Positions 25,344 to 31,542 of a DNA stretch of 37,379 nucleotides are shown here, one piece after another. Under the pieces are notes generated by a model. That model saw only the letters and a program-made list of their open reading frames with translations. It did no database searches and had not been told where the DNA came from. A program made the position numbers and the translations under genes. Source of the DNA: an uncultured bacterium (GTDB lineage Bacteria > T1Sed10-126 > CAYPTI01); NCBI GenBank assembly GCA_964413525.1, contig CAYPTI010000004.1:1-37379 (forward strand), in the 5' to 3' direction. Each line of letters begins with the position of its first letter. The first letter of the stretch is position 1.

Positions 25344-26045
25344 TCATTCCACCACGGCCCGACCGCTGATGTCCTCGACGGTGACCGGGCCGATCCCGGA
25401 CACTTCCTGGAGATCGTCGAGATCCTCAAACGGGCCGTTCTCCTCCCGGTACGCAACGATCGCTTCCGCCGTGACGGATCCGATCCCGGTTAACTGGGTC
25501 AGGGTGGACTCGTCGGCGGTGTTTACATTAATTTCTTCCCCGGAGGTGGCCGAATCGCCTTCGGGACACGGTTCGTCCTCGTACTCCTGACCCACCGTAA
25601 AGTGTTCTTGCCAGTCCTCCACGTAGGTTGACCCGATCCCGCTGGCCCCTTCGAGCTGATCGAGACAGACAATCGGGTCGTCCAGCTGATCCCGGAACTC
25701 AATCAGGCTTTCAGCGCGAGATTGCCCGAGGTTTGGAACCCCCGCGTTGGTGAGTTCTTCCAGGGTTACTTCGTTGATGTTTACCTTCCGGGCGTACTCG
25801 ATCTCCGCCCGTCGCCCGGCGTCCACGCGCTCCACGGACAACTCGGTTTCCGGGACAAGGTCCGGGTCGTCCGGCTCCGACCGTTCCGCGGATTCCGCAA
25901 CCCGGTCGGCCGTCCCGGGAGGTCCCTCGCCCTCCATCATAAGCCCCGGGACGGCAAGTACCCCCAGAACGACCGCGATCAGAACCAGCACGTACTGCTG
26001 CGAGTTCACGGTCCAAGCCTCCATTCCGTTCCCGCTGGCCGGCAT
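25344..26045 (-). CDS. comEA: ComEA-type competence protein (TM anchor plus two helix-hairpin-helix DNA-binding modules)
   Basis: 233 aa with a TM helix (YVLVLIAVVLGVLAV). Module 1: KVNINEVTLEELTN...LGQSRAESLIEFR...LDQLEGASGIGSTY. Module 2: INVNTADESTLTQLTGIGSVTAEAIVAYREENGPFEDLDDLQEVSGIGPVTVEDI. Confidence 0.85.
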   Translation of the reverse strand: MPASGNGMEAWTVNSQQYVLVLIAVVLGVLAVPGLMMEGEGPPGTADRVAESAERSEPDDPDLVPETELSVERVDAGRRAEIEYARKVNINEVTLEELTNAGVPNLGQSRAESLIEFRDQLDDPIVCLDQLEGASGIGSTYVEDWQEHFTVGQEYEDEPCPEGDSATSGEEINVNTADESTLTQLTGIGSVTAEAIVAYREENGPFEDLDDLQEVSGIGPVTVEDISGRAVVE

Positions 26046-26046
26046 C

Positions 26047-26079
26047 GTTCTATGTTCGAAACGAACATGTGAACCGAAC
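26047..26079. promoter_or_regulatory. cluster of GTTC/GAAC half-sites including a perfect 7-bp inverted repeat abutting the comEA start codon (candidate operator or RBS-occluding hairpin)
   Basis: ATGTTCG-AAA-CGAACAT lies at 26052-26068. Half-sites are at 26047, 26054, 26063, 26071 and 26076. The comEA ATG is at 26043-26045, and no Shine-Dalgarno sequence is evident. Confidence 0.3.
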
Positions 26080-26244
26080 CAACAAACGCTTCAGATGCCG
26101 ATTGATTATACCAACTACGAAAACAATTCGAGATCCCATAGAAACAGCTAACGATCGGGTACCGAAACGTATGGATACTCGGCCTCCGTCCATTGTTTTC
26201 GTTCAGCCGGAAGCTGACATCCGAGTTGGTTTCGTCTCCCGGTT

Positions 26245-26342
26245 GGGGTGATTGTTCAACGTCTATTCAAGCGGTTCGTGACGATTGGTGTCCCCCGGTT
26301 GGTTCCCGAACGACAAATCAAACTTGACCGGAGCCCAACCGG
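26245..26342. repeat. intergenic repeat element, copy B (between the comEC stop and the comEA start)
   Basis: Blocks: GGGGTGATT (26245-26253), TCTATTCAAGCGGTTCGTGAC (26262-26282), and TGGT plus a 10-nt insertion plus TGGTTC. The 8-bp stem CCGGTTGG (26295-26302) pairs with CCAACCGG (26335-26342). Confidence 0.5.
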
Positions 26343-26370
26343 TCCCATAGCAGTAGACGTGGCCTTCTCC

Positions 26371-26415
26371 TCGACGAGATTCGAAGGTTCCCCGGACGGG
26401 TCGGAACCTCGTCGA
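26371..26415 (-). terminator. long GC-rich hairpin about 45 nt downstream of the comEC stop (possible U-tract-less terminator or RNA-stability element)
   Basis: TCGACGA(G) and GGTTCC on one arm pair with GGAACC and TCGTCGA on the other. That gives 7 + 6 bp with one internal loop and an 11-nt apical loop. No T/U run follows on the minus strand. Confidence 0.3.
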
Positions 26416-26457
26416 CCGGCGGGTCCTCCGTGACAACATCATGGGATGAGAAATCGT

Positions 26458-29400
26458 TTACAACCGAGCGTCGAATGCTTCTCCCTCCTGTTCGGTCACC
26501 ATACCGTTCTCGGTTTCGACAAACGGAGTGATGGACAATTCGTCGCCGTCGGAGCGCACGATTATCGCGTGGTCCCGGTCGGTCCGAAAAAGCTGCCCGT
26601 CATCATACCGTTCTGAAAGAGCCTCCCAGGTCGCGGTGATTTGTTCTTCCATGTCCTCCCCCTGAGGTCCCCGGATGTCGATGCGGTCGGCGGTGGACAG
26701 GACAACGAACTCGGGATCGACGGCGTCGTAAAACGGTTCGTAATAACTTTCCGACGCGGTCCCGTTTGACGGAACGAACAGGACGTCCGCTTCCAGTTGC
26801 CCCGCTCCGTACCGATCAAGCATCCAGTTCTGGGCGTCTTCCCGGATGTCCCCCGGAAGCAGGATCCGGGTCTCCCCGATTTCAACCATCAACACGACGG
26901 ATTCGTTTTCGGCCACCCGGAAGGTGTGCGGGCTTGATTCCGGTGGGTTCAGGGCGGTGATCCGGAAGGGTACCTCCTGCCCGTCAATGGTCAGGGTTTC
27001 GTCCCAGACTACATCTCCCTCCCGAGGACGGTAATACTCCGTTTCCTGTCGCCGGAGGGGTTCCCACATTCGTTTCCAGTTGTGAAAGTAATCGAATCGA
27101 AACCATTGAGCTTCCTGGTTTTCCTCCAGATAGGAATCACCGATGGCCGCCGTAAAATCGTCCAGCGAGGGTGAGGACCCGAGCCGGTCCTCCGGGAGGG
27201 GGCCGATCGCGGCCCGGACCACGAAGTGATTGGCCATGTACCCCATGCCTCCCAGCCGCTGGGGTTCGATCGACTGAAGTCCGAGCAAATCCAGTTCCTT
27301 GATTCCCTGCCTCAGAAAAAAATCCGACACCGCCAGACGGCCCTGATCCCGACGGTCGGGAAGGTTGTCCCGGTGATGCCAGTCCCACTGACGGGCCCCG
27401 GCGTTCAGCAACATGTTGGTTCCCCCGGGGGCCTGGACGGCAACGGCCGATCCGTACCCGACGTTCAGGGCCGTCAGCCGCACTTCCTCCGGCGGTGATT
27501 CGATAAACCAGAAGGAACCGTACAGAATCACTCCCGCCACGGAGAGCACGGCCACGAACGTTTTCGCGGGACTGGTGAGGGGGCGCCCGAGAAATTGACC
27601 CCAGAACCGCTTAAACCCCTCCAGTGAGGGGCGCCAGGCGATGAACAGCCCCAGCGCGCCGTAAAAGACGAGCAAATGCCAGAGGGTAAATTCCCGGACC
27701 GCCGGATAGGGAAACAGTTCAAACGAGAAATGAGACACCCACATGAACAGCCAGACGGCCAGAAAGTTGCCGGCGTTGAGAAGCAGGGCGAGCCAGTGCC
27801 CGACGACCGGAATCAATCCCATCAATCCCGCAAACAACCCGAGGGGAACGACAATCCCCACCAGGGGGATGGCGAGCAAGTTGGCGTAGATCCCCGCAAA
27901 GGGGTACTCGAGGAAGTAATAGGCGCTCAGGGGCCACATCATCCCGAGCTGGACGGCGAACTGGAGTCCGATGAAGTTCCGGAGGCTGGCCGGGATGTCC
28001 AGAAACCCGATTCCCCCCGCGATCCGGTGCCTGCGGTCGACATCAAACGCCCACCAGAACGTAGCCCCCCAGAACCCGAGATAGGGAAGATACACCACCG
28101 GCTGAAGAAACCAGTTCCAGTGGGCCATCAACAGATAAGTGGTGACCGCGGCGACCACCCAGAAAAGGAGGAAACTCAAGCCTCTGAGTTTCTGGAGCAC
28201 CCGGTCCACCGGTCCGCTGAGCAACACGAGGCAGAGCACCGCCGTGAAGGAGAGGGTGAACGACGCTTCGAACACGAGCTGCGGCTGAATCAATAGAATA
28301 ACTAATGCCGCGGCGGACAGTCCGACCATGGCCGAGTTCTTGAGACCCCGTTCGGAGTACGCGAAGACGATCAGAATCAGGGCCGTCATGATAAAGGCTC
28401 GCTGGGTGGAGGGACGGGCCCCCGTGAGGATGGTAAAGATCAGCAGAAGCACGACGATAAGGGGAGCGTAAATTTTTTTCGGCAGCCTGAGCCCGGCAAA
28501 CAGAGCCCAGAACGCTCCCGCCAGCACCCCGACGTGAAGCCCGGAAACCGCAAGCACGTGCATGGTTCCGGCGCCGCGGAACTCCTCGTTTACCAAATTT
28601 TTGAGAAAATTTTCTTCATGGCTCCGTACGTACTCCGGGATCTCCCCGGTTTGAAAGGGACTGAGGGTGAAATCCAGCCCCTCCCTCAATCCGAGCGTGG
28701 CCCCGCCCAGAAAGGCGGAATACGGGTAGGGCATGGTTTGCTTGATGACCTTCAACATCTCCGTTTGAAGCCCGAGGGCCCAGGCCACCATCCGATTGCC
28801 GGTGTTTTCCTCCAATCGCTCTACGTCGGTGGCAAACCACATGGCTCCGTAAATCCCCTGGTTGTGAAGAAACTGCTGGTAATCAAACCCATGCGGGTTG
28901 GTCCGGGGCATCGGTTCACTGATCGGGCCGGTGAACCGAAGCCGATCGGCGTAAATGGAGTTATCGGCGGCCTCGGAAAAGGAAAGATCGTGGTCCTGAT
29001 AGGATTGAATCCGGAGGAGCAACTGGCCCCGGTCGACCGGATGGGGCTCCCCCTCCTCTTCATACCGGATCCGTTCGGGTTCAACGGTCAGCGTCACTTC
29101 TCCGTCCTCGGTGACCTCCGGGGCTTCGACCACGGTCCCCTCGACCGTTCGGGGGTCGTCAAACCCGTCGGACAGATGCTCGTCCAGGCTGTTGGGGTAC
29201 AGGTGATCCAGAGCCATCGAATAGCGCCCCCACCCGACCAGGAAGGCAATGAGACCGATGATGCCGAAGACGAACAGGGTCTTGCGCCAGCCAACGACGT
29301 GGAGGACGTAGGCCCCAACCCCTCCGATCAGAACGGACCCGCCAACCGCCCCCCACAGTCCGCTCATTTCCTCCGGAAACAGGGGGAAAAACACGGCGTA

Positions 29401-29472
29401 CACGATGCCGGCGATGAAAGTATACGTGACGATAAGGAGAAGCTTGATCAGCCGATCCTGATCGGGTTTCAC
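26458..29472 (-). CDS. comEC: ComEC/Rec2 DNA-internalisation channel protein, enlarged, with a degenerate C-terminal MBL domain
   Basis: 1004 aa with a GTG start overlapping the upstream stop (GTGA). N-terminal TM helices are followed by an OB-like segment (VEGTVVEAPEV...LTVEPERI...GQLLLRIQ). The multi-TM competence core carries GTMHVLAVSGLHVGVLAG. The C-terminal ~340 aa are MBL-like but lack the His/Asp ligands. Confidence 0.9.
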   Translation of the reverse strand: MKPDQDRLIKLLLIVTYTFIAGIVYAVFFPLFPEEMSGLWGAVGGSVLIGGVGAYVLHVVGWRKTLFVFGIIGLIAFLVGWGRYSMALDHLYPNSLDEHLSDGFDDPRTVEGTVVEAPEVTEDGEVTLTVEPERIRYEEEGEPHPVDRGQLLLRIQSYQDHDLSFSEAADNSIYADRLRFTGPISEPMPRTNPHGFDYQQFLHNQGIYGAMWFATDVERLEENTGNRMVAWALGLQTEMLKVIKQTMPYPYSAFLGGATLGLREGLDFTLSPFQTGEIPEYVRSHEENFLKNLVNEEFRGAGTMHVLAVSGLHVGVLAGAFWALFAGLRLPKKIYAPLIVVLLLIFTILTGARPSTQRAFIMTALILIVFAYSERGLKNSAMVGLSAAALVILLIQPQLVFEASFTLSFTAVLCLVLLSGPVDRVLQKLRGLSFLLFWVVAAVTTYLLMAHWNWFLQPVVYLPYLGFWGATFWWAFDVDRRHRIAGGIGFLDIPASLRNFIGLQFAVQLGMMWPLSAYYFLEYPFAGIYANLLAIPLVGIVVPLGLFAGLMGLIPVVGHWLALLLNAGNFLAVWLFMWVSHFSFELFPYPAVREFTLWHLLVFYGALGLFIAWRPSLEGFKRFWGQFLGRPLTSPAKTFVAVLSVAGVILYGSFWFIESPPEEVRLTALNVGYGSAVAVQAPGGTNMLLNAGARQWDWHHRDNLPDRRDQGRLAVSDFFLRQGIKELDLLGLQSIEPQRLGGMGYMANHFVVRAAIGPLPEDRLGSSPSLDDFTAAIGDSYLEENQEAQWFRFDYFHNWKRMWEPLRRQETEYYRPREGDVVWDETLTIDGQEVPFRITALNPPESSPHTFRVAENESVVLMVEIGETRILLPGDIREDAQNWMLDRYGAGQLEADVLFVPSNGTASESYYEPFYDAVDPEFVVLSTADRIDIRGPQGEDMEEQITATWEALSERYDDGQLFRTDRDHAIIVRSDGDELSITPFVETENGMVTEQEGEAFDARL

Positions 29473-29663
29473 TGCACCGGATCATCTCGTTCACGCGTGG
29501 GATTCTCTACCGAAACCTCGGAAAAATACCGCTGGTTGGACTCGATGATCTCGGCAAACCGGTAGTCCGGGTTCAGGAGGTATACAATGGCTCCGATCAG
29601 GAAGGCCCCGACCACCATGACGAGCAACCATTTGACGTTGCCTCGCTGTTCATCCTCACCCAT
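29469..29663 (-). CDS. small single-pass membrane protein, unknown function
   Basis: 64 aa with one TM helix (KWLLVMVVGAFLIGAIVYLL). Its ATG overlaps the ndk stop by 8 nt, and its TGA overlaps the comEC GTG. Coding status rests on this coupling and on the absence of alternatives. Confidence 0.5.
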   Translation of the reverse strand: MGEDEQRGNVKWLLVMVVGAFLIGAIVYLLNPDYRFAEIIESNQRYFSEVSVENPTRERDDPVQ

Positions 29664-30075
29664 CGATCAAATCACTCTCGGAGAAGAAAAAGCCGATCTC
29701 ACGCTCGGCGCTTTCCGCCGAGTCGGCTCCGTGAATGGAATTCTCGGTGATGCTGCTGGCAAATTCAGCCCGAATGGTGCCGGGAGCCGCATCCTCGGGA
29801 TCGGTGGCCCCCATAATGGTTCGGAGCCTCCGGACGGCGTCCTCCCCCTCCACGACCCCGAGTACTACGCTTCCGGAGGTAATGTACTCAATCAACTCGT
29901 CAAAAAACGGTTTGGATCGATGTTCCCCGTAAAACCGACGGGCCTGGGCGTCACTGATGCGAGTCTTCTCAAGACAGACGATGGACAGTCCATCGGACTC
30001 GATTCGGCTCAGGATCTCACCAACGAGATCCCGTTCAACCGCGTCGGGTTTGATCATCGTGAACGTTCGTTCCAT
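29656..30075 (-). CDS. ndk: nucleoside diphosphate kinase
   Basis: The ATG at 30075 gives MERTFTMIKPDAVERDLVGEILSRIE...FYGEHRSKPFFDELIEYITSG...GATDP..AAPGTIRAEFA....NSIHGADS (active-site His). 139 aa. The track ORF's 32-aa N-terminal extension was rejected. Confidence 0.95.
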   Translation of the reverse strand: MERTFTMIKPDAVERDLVGEILSRIESDGLSIVCLEKTRISDAQARRFYGEHRSKPFFDELIEYITSGSVVLGVVEGEDAVRRLRTIMGATDPEDAAPGTIRAEFASSITENSIHGADSAESAEREIGFFFSESDLIDG

Positions 30076-30304
30076 GATTCTCGCTCCCTCGAAAAACAAA
30101 GTAATGGGTTCGATTAGCAGCCACTGTTGTCCCCCGACCCGGGATCCCGCCTGACCCGTCCGGCCACCCAACTCAGAAATCGTCGAACAAGGGTAATGGG
30201 CTGTCCGGGGGAGGACAATGTCCCCCCCGAAGAAACGGCACGACTGAGCTGGTTTTCCCGGGATGGGGGCGACCCGTCACCTCAAGGAGGATCCTGCGCC
30301 AACA

Positions 30305-31504
30305 TTACCCGCTCTCGCCCAGTTCCGATTCACCCTGAGCGATCTGAAAAGCATTATAAAGTAAGTCCCCGGTCATCTGAGCAACCAGACGCAGTTTCAG
30401 TTTGTCCGCGTTGCCCAGCTCCTCCCCGGTTTCTTTTTCCGTCGCCCGGATAACCCCGATGGTTTTCCCCCGTGAACGAATGGCCGCCGCCACCCCGGCT
30501 CCCTTCCGGGGACGGTCGATGATGTTCGCCTGGCCCAGTTCAGCAACCGTTCCGACCTCACCCGAACCGATGTCGACCGTGAGGTTCTGAAGCCGGTCGC
30601 GCTCCATCCACTGGTCCTCCTCCAGTCCCATCTGGCCGACAAGCTGATCCGGGTTGTCGGTGGAAACCAGAAACACCATGGTCTGGCGGACCTGAAGCAT
30701 GTTGTAGACCGAATTTACCATGTACTTCAGAAGCGCTTCCGGATCGAGGGTTTCCCCCACCCGCTTGGCGTAATCAATTAATTCAAAGTACTCATCCGGA
30801 GTCAGCGGTCCGGTCGACGTCTCCTCCTTCGCCCGTTCAAGCTTTTCCTCGTATTGGTTCGTGATTTCCGACCGGGCCAGGCTGATCCGGTTCGTGATCA
30901 GATCCTCCCACCGTCGCTGCAGGAACAGGACCACCAGGACGGCGATCACCAGGAGAACGGCGGTACCCAGGGCAAGTTGATTGACGGTGGAATACCAGTG
31001 CCGCCAGAGAAACTCCCGGTCAATCCCGATCATCAAGCCCCCGTAGACGGTACCGTCGGCGGTAACGGGCAGGACGATCTCCCGAACGTCGAGGTCCTCC
31101 CCCTGAACATCCTCACGGGACTCGATCACAAGCCCCTCCGTATCGACAAACCGTTCCTCCTCCAGCATGGACCGATCGCCGGGGGAAACGTCTTCGTGGA
31201 CCGAACTGAGGACGAAGTTCCCCCGATCGTCCAGCACGGCCATGTACGCAATTCCAAAGTCTTCTCGACGGGTGACAAGCTGATCGGTGGCTGTATTTAA
31301 GGTTGTAAAATTGGCCGAAAGGAAGGGTTCAAACAGGGAGTAGGCAATCATCTCACTGACGTCATCTACCGTGTCGGAGGCTCGCTGGCTCGCGGTCTGA
31401 TAGCTGAAGAAATAGGCTGTAAAAGCTAAGAGAAGGATGAGTGCCACAACGAATGCCAGAATGGAATTTCGCACCTGGGAAGCGAGATCCGACCCATCGT
31501 CCAC
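30305..31504 (-). CDS. membrane sensor-like protein: TM, Cache/PDC-like periplasmic domain, TM, coiled linker, GAF domain, no output domain
   Basis: 399 aa with a GTG start 38 nt after the secretin stop. TM1: ILAFVVALILLLAFTAYFF. Extracytoplasmic segment IAYMAVLDDRGNFVLSSV...LPVTADGTVYGGLMIGI is typical of Cache-like sensors. TM2: LALGTAVLLVIAVLVVLFL. The C-terminal GAF-like block is LDPEALLKYMVNSVYNMLQVRQTMVFLV...VAAAIRSRGKTIGVIRA. I saw no HisKA, GGDEF or HTH motifs. Confidence 0.65.
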   Translation of the reverse strand: MDDGSDLASQVRNSILAFVVALILLLAFTAYFFSYQTASQRASDTVDDVSEMIAYSLFEPFLSANFTTLNTATDQLVTRREDFGIAYMAVLDDRGNFVLSSVHEDVSPGDRSMLEEERFVDTEGLVIESREDVQGEDLDVREIVLPVTADGTVYGGLMIGIDREFLWRHWYSTVNQLALGTAVLLVIAVLVVLFLQRRWEDLITNRISLARSEITNQYEEKLERAKEETSTGPLTPDEYFELIDYAKRVGETLDPEALLKYMVNSVYNMLQVRQTMVFLVSTDNPDQLVGQMGLEEDQWMERDRLQNLTVDIGSGEVGTVAELGQANIIDRPRKGAGVAAAIRSRGKTIGVIRATEKETGEELGNADKLKLRLVAQMTGDLLYNAFQIAQGESELGESG

Positions 31505-31542
31505 GTCAGATCACCCGGCGTTCCCGGGACCGAAGATGACGT

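Noticed and set aside
26047-26079. Reading the GAAC/GTTC cluster as a canonical LexA (Cheo-type CGAAC-N4-GTTCG, or alpha-proteobacterial GAAC-N7-GAAC) box.
   Set aside because: The orientations and spacings present (GTTC-N5-GAAC, GAAC-N4-GAAC, GAAC-N1-GAAC) do not match the consensus forms I know. It is kept only as a generic candidate operator.
26069-26433. Two small plus-strand ORFs (60 and 61 aa) in the comEC-comEA spacer.
   Set aside because: They are basic and R/K-rich, in contrast to the acidic proteome. They have no motifs and lie on the strand opposite all neighbours. The region is better explained as regulatory or structured RNA.
30076-30171. Track-ORF N-terminal extensions of ndk (to 30171), rpmE (to 20416), trpD (to 8886) and the cysteine desulfurase (to 15192).
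   Set aside because: The family-typical N-termini begin at internal ATGs (MERTFTMIKPD, MSEEQ... behind AAGGAGG, MTNFRTVL forming ATGA with the trpG stop, MLDLDYNATTP). The extensions add unconserved residues.
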